The notes: generated by a model not told the origin, from the letters alone. Counted from the stretch's first letter, positions 10,227-23,002 are shown. The stretch is 64,000 nucleotides of DNA from Duodenibacillus sp. (GCA_017628205.1 JAGBZO010000039.1:35279-99278), one strand, 5' to 3'. A program made the numbers and translations.

Positions 10227-10889
10227 ATGAAGACTTCCGTTAAGCTCGGCGGCTTGGTTGCCGCTGCATTGATCGCCACTTCCGGCGCTTCGTTTGCCGC
10301 TCCCGCCAACCCCTACGTTGTCGACAGCGCAAAGCAGAACGTGTTGTCCGGCTACGGTTTGTGCGTTCGTACCGGCTCTTGGACTCCCGCTTTGGCCGAA
10401 CAGGCCGGTTGGCAGGGCAACGGTTGCAAGTGCGACAAGGACATCTTGTCCGCCCAGGCATGCGCTCAGCCCGCTCCTCCGCCTCCTCCCGCTCCGAAGG
10501 TTGCCAAGGTGACCCTCGCCGCCGATACGTTGTTTGCCTTTGACAGCGCCGCTTTAAAGGATTCCGGCAAGTCCATGCTCGACGAACTCGTCAATCGTAT
10601 GGCCGGCATGGAAGTTGAGGTCATCCTCGCCACCGGTTATGCAGACCGCCTCGGCAAGCCCGCATACAACCAGAAGCTCTCCGAAAAGCGCGCCATGGCT
10701 GTTAAGAACTACCTCGTTGAAAAGGGTGTTGACGGCGAACGCATCCAGACCGAAGGTCGTGGCACCGCCGATGCCATCGTGAACTGCCAGAAGGGCGGCG
10801 TCATCAAGACCATGCTCAACTTGATCGACTGCTTGGCACCGAACCGTCGTGCCGTCATCGAAGTGATCGGTACCCGTACCGTTAAGTAA
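10227..10889 (+). CDS. ompA: OmpA family outer membrane / peptidoglycan-associated protein
   Basis: Signal peptide, GLCVRTGSWTPA (betaproteobacterial OmpA), Pro-rich linker, GYADRLG..NQKLSEKRA, NRR; GAGAGGA RBS; divergent from gyrA. Confidence 0.9.
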   Translation: MKTSVKLGGLVAAALIATSGASFAAPANPYVVDSAKQNVLSGYGLCVRTGSWTPALAEQAGWQGNGCKCDKDILSAQACAQPAPPPPPAPKVAKVTLAADTLFAFDSAALKDSGKSMLDELVNRMAGMEVEVILATGYADRLGKPAYNQKLSEKRAMAVKNYLVEKGVDGERIQTEGRGTADAIVNCQKGGVIKTMLNLIDCLAPNRRAVIEVIGTRTVK

Positions 10890-10941
10890 TCGAACGAACA
10901 AAACGGATCCACTCGATCCGTTTTGCTACGGCAGAAACAAA

Positions 10942-11018
10942 AAAAGGGACTTCTCTCTGAACTGATCCCCAATTCTTGGACAAAGAATTGGGGATCAGTT
11001 CAGAGAGAAGTCCCTTTT
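10942..11018. repeat. 36-bp perfect inverted repeat (5-nt loop); bidirectional terminator with an IS150-like core
   Basis: AAAAGGGACTTCTCTCTGAACTGATCCCCAATTCTT (10942-10977), GGACA, then the exact reverse complement (10983-11018), between convergent genes. Confidence 0.95.
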
Positions 11019-11020
11019 CT

Positions 11021-12082
11021 TTAGGTCAACCGATTCAAACACCACCCGACCAAAGTCAACATACCGCCCAGATAGACCGCCATCGCAATCAACGCCCGAC
11101 CGCGAACAACCTGAGCCAACCAAATGGCGGACAGTCCGAACGTACCGCTGGCCATCATGGCTACCAAAGCGGTGCCGATGGGCAAACCGCGGGCGCAATA
11201 GGCGTCGATCACGGGAACGGCGAACAGCGCGTCCAATGGCAGCACCATGAAAGCCGCCACAAGCACCGGGACCCCCAAGAGCGAATCAAACAAGAACGAC
11301 GTTGGGTCGGGCGCCGGCAAATAAATTCGCGCGCAGGCTGAAGCCAGAATCCCCGCGAGCAACCAGGGAAAGCTTTTGAGCATCATCGCCCGAGTGGCGT
11401 CCCATGCCGCCCGATACCGATTCAGAACGCAGTGACAGGTACTGACCGAAACATGTTCTTTCGAAACGTGCTCGAACTTGAGCGACGGCAGATACCCTCC
11501 CGACCACCGAACCGAAAGCAAGTCAAGCACCCAACCGCCGAGAAAAGCGCCCAACGCGCCGATCCCGCACCAAAGCGCCGTCAGCCCCAGACCGTGGATC
11601 GTCAACACCGCCACGACGGCGGCTTCATTCAACAACATGGACGACAAAAGAAAGGCTGCCGTCATCCCAAAGGGAATGCCGGCGGCGGCAAACCCCGTCA
11701 CGGCCACGACAATCACCGGCAAGGCTACGGGAACCGCGCCTCCGAGCATCACCGCCATGGCATAACCGAGGAAACGCTTTTTGCCGCAAAGCAATTCCAG
11801 CACTTCTTCCCAAATGAAGACCCCGCGCAGATACGACGCCGCATAGACGACCGAAAATACCGTCAGCAGCAACCTGGTCCCGTCAATCGTCGCCATTTCA
11901 AGCAAGCGACCGAGATCCGTTGCCGCATCCAATCCGAACACGTCGAACAACAACCAACGGAACGTCGCCGGGATGAGCGCATACAGCGCCAAACACCCCC
12001 ACAAAGCGATCGTCCCGTTTCGCGCCAACACAACGCTCGGGGGCAATCTCTTACCTTCAAAAGAGCGACAACCGCAAGTCAT
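11021..12082 (-). CDS. predicted permease, divergent ArsP/DUF318-like membrane protein
   Basis: Multi-TM two-repeat protein with GIPFGMTAAFLLSSMLLNE and GLPIGTALVAMMA segments resembling DUF318 permeases. Confidence 0.6.
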   Translation of the reverse strand: MTCGCRSFEGKRLPPSVVLARNGTIALWGCLALYALIPATFRWLLFDVFGLDAATDLGRLLEMATIDGTRLLLTVFSVVYAASYLRGVFIWEEVLELLCGKKRFLGYAMAVMLGGAVPVALPVIVVAVTGFAAAGIPFGMTAAFLLSSMLLNEAAVVAVLTIHGLGLTALWCGIGALGAFLGGWVLDLLSVRWSGGYLPSLKFEHVSKEHVSVSTCHCVLNRYRAAWDATRAMMLKSFPWLLAGILASACARIYLPAPDPTSFLFDSLLGVPVLVAAFMVLPLDALFAVPVIDAYCARGLPIGTALVAMMASGTFGLSAIWLAQVVRGRALIAMAVYLGGMLTLVGWCLNRLT

Positions 12083-12216
12083 CGAAACCTATCCCTTCCT
12101 TCGCTCGGCGCCACGCGCTTGCTCCACTCGTCGATCGCGGAGAAACATCGGATACCCCATGCATTCGTTTTGCTACAAAAAAACACTCGTTTCCTTTTGA
12201 AAACGAGTGTTGGACG

Positions 12217-14219
<2,003 letters not shown>

Positions 14220-14379
14220 TCGTACTACTTTCCGCAAGCCAATCCGTGATTGTGACCATTGTAGCCTGCCGAACCCCGTCTCATCGACCCGCACAAAAAA
14301 ACTCTCCGCGAAAGATGACCTTCGGCGGAGAGTCCTAGGAGCCTCGTGTCACGCTCCGTAAGTTGGAGCCACGCTTGAA

Positions 14380-15309
14380 TTAGGCGCGGAAACCGGCTTC
14401 AAGAGCGGGAACAACCTGCTTCTTGCGGCTCATGACACCTTCAAGCCACAGATTGCCCTGTTCCAAAAGGGCGGGATCCTGGCCGAAAGCCTTGGCAATA
14501 CGGGCGGGCTCGTCCGAAACCATCAAAAGTTCGCTGCCTTCCTTCATGATGTCGGTCAGCAACAACAAAGCCGTGTGGCGGCCTTCCTGCTTGACGCGTT
14601 CCAATTCGGCCTGAATGTCGGCCTTCATTTCGGCAACCAAATCCAAGGAAACGAGTTCGAGCTGACCGACGCCAACCGTGCAACCGTTCATGTTGAAGTC
14701 CTTGAAATCGCGGAAGATCAAATCACGCGGAGCGGTACCGGCAACGGCGCTCTTGGCCTTGAACAGATCCATACCCAAAGCCTGAATGTCGTCGATACCG
14801 GCGATCAGAGCCAGTTCGGCGGCAACTTGCTTGTCGGTTTCGGTGCACGTCGGAGACTTGAAGATGACCGTGTCGGACAAAATGGCGCACAACATGGCGC
14901 CGGCCAAATTGGCGGGGATGCTAAAGCCCATGTAATCGAACATGCGCTTGAGGATCGTATTCGTGCAACCGACGGTCCAGATGATGCATTCGAGCGGAGC
15001 GGTACTGGTCATATCGCCCAACTTGTGGTGATCGACGATCCCCTTGAGGTTGGCTTCGTCAATATCGGCGGGAGCCTGAGCCTTGTCGGAGAAGTCGACC
15101 AAATAAACGTCGCGACCGGCAACGCTGGTGACAACTTCCGGAGCGGTCAAACCGAAACGTTCCAAAATATAGGCGGTTTCAGGAGCAGGCTTGCCCTGAG
15201 CAACGGGAACAACGTCCAAACCGCGTTCGCGATACAAATGAGCGCAAGCAATGGCGGAAATGATGCTGTCGGTATCCGGGTTCTTGTGACCGAGAATATA
15301 AGCGGACAT
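14380..15309 (-). CDS. ppaC: manganese-dependent (family II) inorganic pyrophosphatase
   Basis: GHKNPDTDS, DHH, ILSDT..FKSPT, DFKDF, SRKKQVVP. Confidence 0.95.
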   Translation of the reverse strand: MSAYILGHKNPDTDSIISAIACAHLYRERGLDVVPVAQGKPAPETAYILERFGLTAPEVVTSVAGRDVYLVDFSDKAQAPADIDEANLKGIVDHHKLGDMTSTAPLECIIWTVGCTNTILKRMFDYMGFSIPANLAGAMLCAILSDTVIFKSPTCTETDKQVAAELALIAGIDDIQALGMDLFKAKSAVAGTAPRDLIFRDFKDFNMNGCTVGVGQLELVSLDLVAEMKADIQAELERVKQEGRHTALLLLTDIMKEGSELLMVSDEPARIAKAFGQDPALLEQGNLWLEGVMSRKKQVVPALEAGFRA

Positions 15310-15465
15310 ACTGAATCCTCTAAAAATCTACATACTGAAAATCGAAACGGGCGCCCTGCTTCGGGCTAATCGATTAACTATAGCGCATTTGGACGGCGTA
15401 TTTGAAAAAAAACTCCGAAATCCCAATGTTTTCGAGATTTCGGAGTCTGTGTCTATCCCGGCGAA

Positions 15466-16257
15466 TCAACTTCTCACGATGAGATTGGACAAGATTCGCT
15501 GTCGAACCGCTTCGTCGGCCGCCGCGGAAATTTCCACGTGCTTGAAGCCCGCTTCGCGCAAACGGTCGGCGCAACGGGGATGGATGGTGATGGCGCGACC
15601 GGAAACGATCCAATCGCGCGCGCCTGGGATCGGGCGCACGGCATGCAACAACGTGGCCACGGCGTCCGTGCTCGTTATGTAGACGATCGGACCCTCGCCG
15701 CACATGGACATCGTTAACTGATCCTGTTGCTCGGGCGAGAGTTCCAAAGGAACGCGAACGTAGGCGCAGACCTTTTCAACGTCCGCCCCCAGCTGGATCA
15801 AATTCTCGGACAACCATTCGCGGCCGGACTGACCGCGAATGATGAGTACGCGAGACGGAATAACTCCGTGACGCAAAATCTCGAACAACGCTTCGCTGCC
15901 GGAGCTTTCGGCTTCCCCCGGCGGGCACAAGACCGAAACGTCGTCGCCCCAGGCGGCGCGAATGACACGCGCCGTTCCTTCGCCGACGGTTGCCAACGTC
16001 AAATGTTTGGGCCATTCGCGCACCCAATGCGCGGCGGCCGTGACGGCGGCGGGCGATGCAAGAACCACCATATCAAAATCGTCCAGATGCGCCAAACGAT
16101 CGCTGACCAGCGACTCGTCCTCCGGCAAAGTAATGGCGTAGGCCGGCCAACGCCATGCCCGAATGCCGTCTTGTCGTTGCAAAAGATCTGCCAAACGATC
16201 GTTGGCGGCTCCCGGGCGCATCAAAATGACGGGTTGATGCGATAAGTTCATTCTCAT
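15466..16257 (-). CDS. hemD: uroporphyrinogen-III synthase
   Basis: RP..., SPAAV, VGEGTA, SEAL, RGQSGREWL, AYVR; downstream of hemC. Confidence 0.88.
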   Translation of the reverse strand: MRMNLSHQPVILMRPGAANDRLADLLQRQDGIRAWRWPAYAITLPEDESLVSDRLAHLDDFDMVVLASPAAVTAAAHWVREWPKHLTLATVGEGTARVIRAAWGDDVSVLCPPGEAESSGSEALFEILRHGVIPSRVLIIRGQSGREWLSENLIQLGADVEKVCAYVRVPLELSPEQQDQLTMSMCGEGPIVYITSTDAVATLLHAVRPIPGARDWIVSGRAITIHPRCADRLREAGFKHVEISAAADEAVRQRILSNLIVRS

Positions 16258-16395
16258 TACAAAATCTGGCCCTGTTCAAAGGAGTCTGTTTCCATGGAAC
16301 CGTATTCTAGAGAAAATTCCTCTCGGATAGAAATACCGGCTTCAGCGGAAAAACAACAGTGAAAAGGGGCTTCTGCGTCGGTATGACTATCGAAA

Positions 16396-17340
16396 TCAAG
16401 CGGCCGTTTCACGCAATACCTTTTCAAGCATCGCATCGGCACCTTGTCGACGAAGTTCCTGAACCACAACAGCGGCAACCGCTTCCGGATCCTCTGCCGA
16501 CATACGTACTTCGGCACGAATGGTTTCACCGGTACGGTGATCGCCCACATGAGCACGCAACCACATGCGGCCGTCTTCTTCAATAACGCCGTAGGCTGCC
16601 AGAGGAACCTGGCAAGAACCGCCCAACGCACGCGATACGGCGCGTTCAGCCATCGTGCAAGCGCGCGTATGCGGATCGTTCAAGAACTGCAACTGTTCGA
16701 TCAATTCAACGTCGTCTTCACGCGTTTCGATACCCAGAGCCCCCTGGCCGGGCGACGGCAGACTGTCGGCCGGATCAATCAGGCCGCGAATGCGGTCGGA
16801 CAACCCCAAACGCTTCAAACCGGCTCCGGCCATAACAAGAGCGTCATAGTCGCCGCGATCGAGCTTGGACAAGCGGGTGCCCACGTTGCCGCGAATGGAT
16901 TCGATCACCAAGTGCGGGAAGCGGGAACGCAACATCAGTTCGCGACGTAAGCTGGCCGTACCGACCTTACTGCCCGCGGGCATTTCTTCCAGGCTCGCAT
17001 ACTTCGGGCTGACGAATGCGTCGCGGGGATCCTCGCGTTCGCTAACGGCAGCCAAGACGAAGCCCTCGGGCAGCTCCATCGGAACGTCCTTCAAAGAATG
17101 CACGGCCAAGTCGCTCGTCTTTTCCATCATCGAGGCTTCGAGTTCTTTTACAAAAAGCCCTTTGCCCCCAACCTTGCTCAAGGTACGATCCAAAATCTGA
17201 TCGCCTCGGGTCGTCATTCCGAGAATTTCAACGCTGGCCTCGGGATACTGCTGGCGCAGACGACTTTGAATGTGCAGAGCCTGCCACATGGCCAACGGGC
17301 TTTCACGGGTAGCGATAACGCATTGCTTCAGTTGGGACAT
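16396..17340 (-). CDS. hemC: hydroxymethylbilane synthase (porphobilinogen deaminase)
   Basis: ATRESPLAMWQA, GGKGLFVKELE, AVHSLKD, SLRR, RGNVGTRL, GGSCQVP. Confidence 0.97.
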   Translation of the reverse strand: MSQLKQCVIATRESPLAMWQALHIQSRLRQQYPEASVEILGMTTRGDQILDRTLSKVGGKGLFVKELEASMMEKTSDLAVHSLKDVPMELPEGFVLAAVSEREDPRDAFVSPKYASLEEMPAGSKVGTASLRRELMLRSRFPHLVIESIRGNVGTRLSKLDRGDYDALVMAGAGLKRLGLSDRIRGLIDPADSLPSPGQGALGIETREDDVELIEQLQFLNDPHTRACTMAERAVSRALGGSCQVPLAAYGVIEEDGRMWLRAHVGDHRTGETIRAEVRMSAEDPEAVAAVVVQELRRQGADAMLEKVLRETAA

Positions 17341-17518
17341 TTTGAGAAACCTTCATCTAAAGATAGGGACGCGTGACCTCACTCGATACGGTCGGGACAC
17401 GAATTGCCGCGCATTTTAGCAACCTAATCCGACCTTAGTCTTAACACCTGGGGCGGGAAACAGGGACTGCCGCTCGATATTTTCGCTTACAAAACAACCC
17501 GTTTTCCTTTCTTGCGTC

Positions 17519-17527
17519 TGATAGAAT
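17519..17527 (+). promoter_or_regulatory. candidate extended -10 promoter element for argH
   Basis: TG-A-TAGAAT about 70 nt upstream of the argH ATG. Confidence 0.35.
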
Positions 17528-17596
17528 GACAAATTACCGTATTGTCTTTGCTTTCAGGCACTGACACGTATTTTCTTTTTACAGTTGAATTTACCT

Positions 17597-19027
17597 ATGA
17601 CCCAAGAGCATAACAACTCCGCCGATCCCTTGCATGCCAAAAAAGAGGCATGGTCTGGCCGTTTTTCCGAACCCGTTGCGGAGTTCGTGCTCCGATACAC
17701 CCAGTCCGTCAGCTTCGACAAGCGCATGGCCATGGCCGACATCCGCGGCTCTTTGGCGCACGCTGAAATGCTGGCCACCTGTGGCGTCATCTCTCAGCAA
17801 GATCTCGACGACATCCGTCGCGGCATGGAACAGATTTCCAACGAAATCAAAACCGGCAAGTTCTTGTGGCAGCTCGAACTCGAAGACGTACATCTGAATA
17901 TCGAAGCGCGTTTGACCCAACTCATCGGCGACGCCGGCAAGCGCTTGCATACCGGACGAAGCCGTAACGACCAGGTTGCCACCGACTTGCGACTGTATCT
18001 GCGTGACGAAGTCGATCAAATCATCCTGAAGTTGCATCATCTGCAGGAAGTTCTCGTCAACCAGGCACGTCGTGAATACAACACGATCATGCCCGGCTTT
18101 ACGCATATGCAAGTGGCGCAACCCGTCACGTTCGGCCACCATATGCTCGCTTACGTCGAAATGTTCGATCGCGATCGCGAACGCATGATCGACTTGCGTC
18201 GTCGTATCAATCGCCTTCCCTTGGGATCCGCCGCTTTGGCCGGCACCACTTACCCCATCGATCGCGAACTGACCGCCAAGTTGCTCAACTTCGACGGTGT
18301 TGCCCAGAACTCGCTCGACGCCGTCAGCGATCGTGACTTCGGCATCGAATTCACGGCGGCCGCCAGCTTGATCATGATCCACATTTCGCGTCTGTCCGAA
18401 GAGCTCGTTTATTGGATGTGTCAGCGCTTCTCCTTCATCAAGTTGCCCGACCGCTTCACGACGGGATCCTCGATCATGCCGCAAAAGAAGAACCCCGACG
18501 TTCCCGAAACGGCTCGAGGCAAGTGTGCCCGCGTCGTAGGCGACTTGATGGCCATGGCCACCCTCATGAAGGGCTTGCCTTTGGCTTACAACAAGGATCT
18601 GCAAGAAGACAAGGAACCTGTTTTCGACGCCATCGACACCGTCAAAGACACGTTGCGCGCCTTTATTGAAATGATGGACGGCGTGGAACCCAACCGAGCC
18701 GAAATGCGTGCCGCAGCAGCTGCCGGTTATCCCACCGCGACCGACTTGGCCGACTACTTGGCTCGTCGCGGCGTTCCTTTCCGTACGGCTCACGACATTG
18801 TCGGTCGCGTTGTTCGACTCGCCGGCGATCGCAACTGTGACATTTCCGACCTTTCGCTCTCCGAGCTCAAGTCCTTCAGCGACGTCATTGAAGCCGACGT
18901 CTATCAGGTTCTTACCCTCGAAGGCTCCGTCGCCGCACGCGATCATGTCGGCGGTACGGCACCCTGTCAGGTTCTCAAGCAAGTTCAGCGATGGGACAGC
19001 ATCTTTGCAGAACGCAATAAGAAATAA
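17597..19027 (+). CDS. argH: argininosuccinate lyase
   Basis: [55 protein letters not shown]. Confidence 0.97.
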   Translation: MTQEHNNSADPLHAKKEAWSGRFSEPVAEFVLRYTQSVSFDKRMAMADIRGSLAHAEMLATCGVISQQDLDDIRRGMEQISNEIKTGKFLWQLELEDVHLNIEARLTQLIGDAGKRLHTGRSRNDQVATDLRLYLRDEVDQIILKLHHLQEVLVNQARREYNTIMPGFTHMQVAQPVTFGHHMLAYVEMFDRDRERMIDLRRRINRLPLGSAALAGTTYPIDRELTAKLLNFDGVAQNSLDAVSDRDFGIEFTAAASLIMIHISRLSEELVYWMCQRFSFIKLPDRFTTGSSIMPQKKNPDVPETARGKCARVVGDLMAMATLMKGLPLAYNKDLQEDKEPVFDAIDTVKDTLRAFIEMMDGVEPNRAEMRAAAAAGYPTATDLADYLARRGVPFRTAHDIVGRVVRLAGDRNCDISDLSLSELKSFSDVIEADVYQVLTLEGSVAARDHVGGTAPCQVLKQVQRWDSIFAERNKK

Positions 19028-19054
19028 CAGCGTCTCATTCTGACAACATCACCG

Positions 19055-19093
19055 AAACGTCAAACCTCCATTTGTCGGTTTGACGTTTTTTTT
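19055..19093 (+). terminator. rho-independent terminator after argH
   Basis: AAACGTCAAACC...GGTTTGACGTTT stem followed by a T-run. Confidence 0.8.
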
Positions 19094-19334
19094 CGTTCGT
19101 CCCCAACTGATCCAGCGGAAAGTTCAATCCAACGGAAAAACTGCCCTCGTTATCCTTGCTTGCCATATGGGAATATTTCGCATTATTTTTTGACCTTAAT
19201 CGTTTATTCTAGGTATCCGACTAGGTAATTTACGTTAGTTCCTAATACGAATGGAGTACAATCTTTCAGTTCCTGTGAGACGCACCTATCCTAACGGCCC
19301 GTCCACAAGCTATTTGTTACCTCGGAGGAAAAAG

Positions 19335-20741
19335 ATGGAATTCCGTATTGAAAAAGACTCGATGGGCGAAATGCAAGTCGACGACTCTAAGTACTGGGCC
19401 GCTCAAACGCAGCGTAGCTATGAAAACTTCCCGATCGGCACCGAAAAGATGCCCGCCGAAATCGTTTCCGCTTTCGGTTACCTGAAGTTCGCTTGCGCCG
19501 AAGCCAACCACGCTTTCGGCAAGCTCGATGACCGTCGTTACAACGCTATCACTCAGGCCTGCGAAGACGTTATCGCTGGTCGTCTTGCCGGTAACTTCCC
19601 CTTGGCCGTATGGCAGACCGGTTCCGGTACGCAATCCAACATGAACATGAACGAAGTGATTGCCAACCGCGCTACCGAATTGCTCGGCGGCAACTTCCGC
19701 AACAAGGCCGAAACGCCGAAGGAAAACCTCGTTCACCCGAACGACCACGTCAACATGTCTCAGTCTTCCAACGACACGTTCCCGACCGCATTGCACATCA
19801 TGTCCGTCGTTGAAACCGAACGTACGTTGTTGCCCGCCATCGACGAACTCGAAGCCGCCTTGCTCGCCAAGACGGAAGAATTCGCACACATCATCAAGAA
19901 CGGTCGCACCCACTTGCAGGACGCCACGCCCTTGACGCTCGGTCAGGAATTCTCCGGCTACGCATTCATGATGTCTCAATGCCGCGAACTGATCAAGGCT
20001 AACCTCGAAGCCTGCCGCTTGCTCGCCATCGGCGGTACCGCCGTCGGTACGGGTATCAACTCCCCGAAGGGCTTTGGCGAAAAGGTTTCCGCCGTTTTGA
20101 CCGAAAAGTTGGGTCACAAGTTTGTTGACAGCCCCAACAAGTTCCATGGCTTGACCAGCCACGACGCTATCGTCGCATTGGAAGGCTCTTTGGCCGCCTT
20201 GGCTGCAGACCTCATGAAGATCGCCAACGACATTCGCTGGCTCGGTTCCGGTCCTCGCAGCGGCTTGGGCGAAATCAATCTGCCCTCCAACGAACCCGGT
20301 TCTTCCATCATGCCGGGCAAGGTCAATCCGACGCAGTGCGAAGCCGTCACGATGGTTGCCGTTCAGGTAATGGGTAATGCCGCCGCCATCAATTTCGCCG
20401 CCAGCCAGGGTAACTTCGAACTGGCCGTCTTCAAGCCCGTGATCGCTTACAACCTGATCCAGAGCATCCGTTTGTTGGCCGACTGCATGCGCTCCTTCAC
20501 GAAGCGTTGCGTTGTTGGCATCACCGCCAATGAAGACAAGATCAACGAATTCATGACGCGCTCTTTGATGTTGGTTACCGCTTTGTCTCCGCTCGTCGGC
20601 TACGACAATGCCGCCAAGATCGCCAAGCATGCTCACAATACCAATTCGAGCCTCAAGGAAGCCGCTCTCGAATTGAACATGTGCACTGCCGAAGAATTCG
20701 ACAAGTACGTGAATCCTGCCAACATGATTCACCCTCACTAA
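19335..20741 (+). CDS. fumC: class II fumarate hydratase
   Basis: RIEKDSMGE, WQTGSGTQSNMNMNEV, HPNDHVN.SQSSNDTFPT, GRTHLQDA, GSSIMPGKVNPTQCE; GGAGG RBS. Confidence 0.97.
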   Translation: MEFRIEKDSMGEMQVDDSKYWAAQTQRSYENFPIGTEKMPAEIVSAFGYLKFACAEANHAFGKLDDRRYNAITQACEDVIAGRLAGNFPLAVWQTGSGTQSNMNMNEVIANRATELLGGNFRNKAETPKENLVHPNDHVNMSQSSNDTFPTALHIMSVVETERTLLPAIDELEAALLAKTEEFAHIIKNGRTHLQDATPLTLGQEFSGYAFMMSQCRELIKANLEACRLLAIGGTAVGTGINSPKGFGEKVSAVLTEKLGHKFVDSPNKFHGLTSHDAIVALEGSLAALAADLMKIANDIRWLGSGPRSGLGEINLPSNEPGSSIMPGKVNPTQCEAVTMVAVQVMGNAAAINFAASQGNFELAVFKPVIAYNLIQSIRLLADCMRSFTKRCVVGITANEDKINEFMTRSLMLVTALSPLVGYDNAAKIAKHAHNTNSSLKEAALELNMCTAEEFDKYVNPANMIHPH

Positions 20742-20769
20742 TGCCCTAACCTAGGTCACTAGTTGAAGC

Positions 20770-20806
20770 AAGCCGAAGTTCCTCAGGAATTTCGGCTTCT
20801 TTTTTA
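20770..20806 (+). terminator. rho-independent terminator after fumC
   Basis: AAGCCGAAGTTCC-TCA-GGAATTTCGGCTT stem then T-run. Confidence 0.75.
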
Positions 20807-20874
20807 GATCAAAAAAAAACCGTGGACCGACAAGCGGTCCACGATCTTCGTATGCGCACGGAGGACTTGTATGC

Positions 20875-21687
20875 TTAGTAGGCCAAAATGGCGCGGTAGA
20901 GCATGTACGAGGCCAAGATGAACAAATTGCAGGCGAATACGCGCTTGAGAGGTCCCGTATTCATGCTGTGGGCAACCTTAGCACCCAACGGAGCCGTCAA
21001 CACGCTCGAAGCGGAGACGCTCAACAGTGCGGGCAAATGAATGTAGCCGAGCATGTAAGGAACTTGATCGAGGCCGGGCACGCCCATGCCGGTCCAAATG
21101 TAACCCAACGTACCGGCAGCGGCAATCGGGAAACCCAATGCGGCCGACGTTGCAACAGCCTTTTGCATTTGCACGTTACACCAAACCATGAACGGAACGG
21201 AGATAAAACCGCCGCCAGCGCCAACCAGAGCGGACGTACAACCGATGGCGCCGCCAACACTGAACAAACCGACCGTCTTGGGCAGTTCGCGAGAGGGCTT
21301 GGGCTTGCTCTTGCTGAACATCTTGTAGGCGGAAAAACCGACGAAGCAGGCAAAAATCGACGACAAACAGAACGTCGACATCAAACTGGCCAGCTTGGTA
21401 CCCATCAAAGCACCGACCAAGATACCGGGAGCGATGAAAGCGACAACACGCCACATGACGGCACCACGCTTATGGTGAGCGCGTACAGAAGACAACGAGG
21501 TAAACATAATCGTTGCCAACGAAGTCGCAATGGCAACGTGCACAATGTGTTCGCCCGGAATAATACTGGCCAACAACAAGGTCAAAAACGGCGTAATGAT
21601 CATCCCGCCGCCGATCCCTAAAAGACCTGCCAAAAACCCGGTGCAACTGCCCAAGGCCAGTAAAGCCAACACAATATACAAAGACAT
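20875..21687 (-). CDS. TauE/SafE (TSUP) family membrane protein
   Basis: GFLAGLLGIGGG and ALVGAGGG repeats, AIATSLA / AVATSAA, multi-TM. Confidence 0.88.
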   Translation of the reverse strand: MSLYIVLALLALGSCTGFLAGLLGIGGGMIITPFLTLLLASIIPGEHIVHVAIATSLATIMFTSLSSVRAHHKRGAVMWRVVAFIAPGILVGALMGTKLASLMSTFCLSSIFACFVGFSAYKMFSKSKPKPSRELPKTVGLFSVGGAIGCTSALVGAGGGFISVPFMVWCNVQMQKAVATSAALGFPIAAAGTLGYIWTGMGVPGLDQVPYMLGYIHLPALLSVSASSVLTAPLGAKVAHSMNTGPLKRVFACNLFILASYMLYRAILAY

Positions 21688-22042
21688 GATGATGAGAGTT
21701 GTAAAAGATAAATTGATTCTTCAGCCGAACGAGGCGAGTGCAGCAGCAACTCCTAAAGAAATCGGCTTTATTAAAAACGGCTCGGACAGAGTCGTCGAAG
21801 GAGCGATTGGCTCGGTCAATGAGACATCCAACCTCGGTCATTTGTTCAAATGAAACATAAGCAATGCCAGCACAGACAGGGAGATCTGACGATCAAAACC
21901 TATCTAAATAGTTGACAATCCTTTGAATCCATTTGAATTTTTTCCAAATAAAAATTATAACCGATTCCCATCCCCTATAAGACTAGGTTAAGAAAATCGG
22001 TCATCAAGTTAGATCAATAGATTTTGTTTTTTCTGGGGTACG

Positions 22043-22759
22043 TCACTGTGTCGGCAAGCGCTCCTTAGCGACCTTCAAATGGCGTTCCATGTAAAAAGCG
22101 GCCGCCCTCGAATCATGATCACGAATGGCCTGCAGAATCTGTTCGTGATAGAGCAACGCCTCTTGTCGACGCTCTTGCGTCGTGAGCGTAGCGCGACGAG
22201 AACTTCGAAGAATTTCAGAATAAAAACTCGTCACTAGCACCGCAATCTGATTTTTGGACATTTCGACGATCTTCATATGAAAATCGTACGAGTCCTCTTC
22301 GATCCCTCGGTCAACGTTGTGCCGAGTCTTTTCAAGAAGGCCTTCCAAGACTTCGACATCCTCGGGCGTTGCATGCTTGGCCGCTTCAGCCGCCGCATTG
22401 ACTTCAACCAAAGAACGGAAGTCGAACAGCTGGCGCAACACCTCAATGGACGGCTCGACACCGAAGGGGCCAATAATGCTGAAGGTTTCGCCCAGATCAA
22501 TATTCTGAACGAAAACCCCTTTTCCTCGAACGTGTTTGATGACCCCGATATACTCCAAGGCTTTCATTGCCTCGCGAATGGGGACGCGACTGACGTTGAA
22601 CTCTTCGGCCATATCGCGTTCGGACGGCAAAGGTTCACCGCTTTTGTACTCACCGGACAGGATTTTTTGACGCCAAATCTTGGCAATTTGCTTGAATAAC
22701 GGTTCCGAGTCTCGATCCAAAAGAAGTTTCGGGGCTTCGAAAATCTGACCTTGATTCAT
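22043..22759 (-). CDS. GntR family (FadR subfamily) transcriptional regulator
   Basis: LPSERDMAEEFNVSRVPIREA HTH, GKGVFV, FCD domain (FH...H..I..AI...D...A..M.RHL). Confidence 0.92.
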   Translation of the reverse strand: MNQGQIFEAPKLLLDRDSEPLFKQIAKIWRQKILSGEYKSGEPLPSERDMAEEFNVSRVPIREAMKALEYIGVIKHVRGKGVFVQNIDLGETFSIIGPFGVEPSIEVLRQLFDFRSLVEVNAAAEAAKHATPEDVEVLEGLLEKTRHNVDRGIEEDSYDFHMKIVEMSKNQIAVLVTSFYSEILRSSRRATLTTQERRQEALLYHEQILQAIRDHDSRAAAFYMERHLKVAKERLPTQ

Positions 22760-23002
22760 GTTATGTACAACTAAAAAAAACAGATCCCCAGTAACACGTG
22801 CCGAACTGTTTAGACGTGATTGTCTCTGGTCGGCTACAGAGCTTTTGGCTTTCGTCAAATACTATACTTCCGTCTCTGGCATTTCAATGCTTTGAGCGAC
22901 CGAGACGACTCGTATTATTCATTCCTCTTATTAAAATCAAAAGTCGCTCTAATACTTACCTATCATCATATTTATCAAAACTACGATCGGCTACAAGAAA
23001 AT

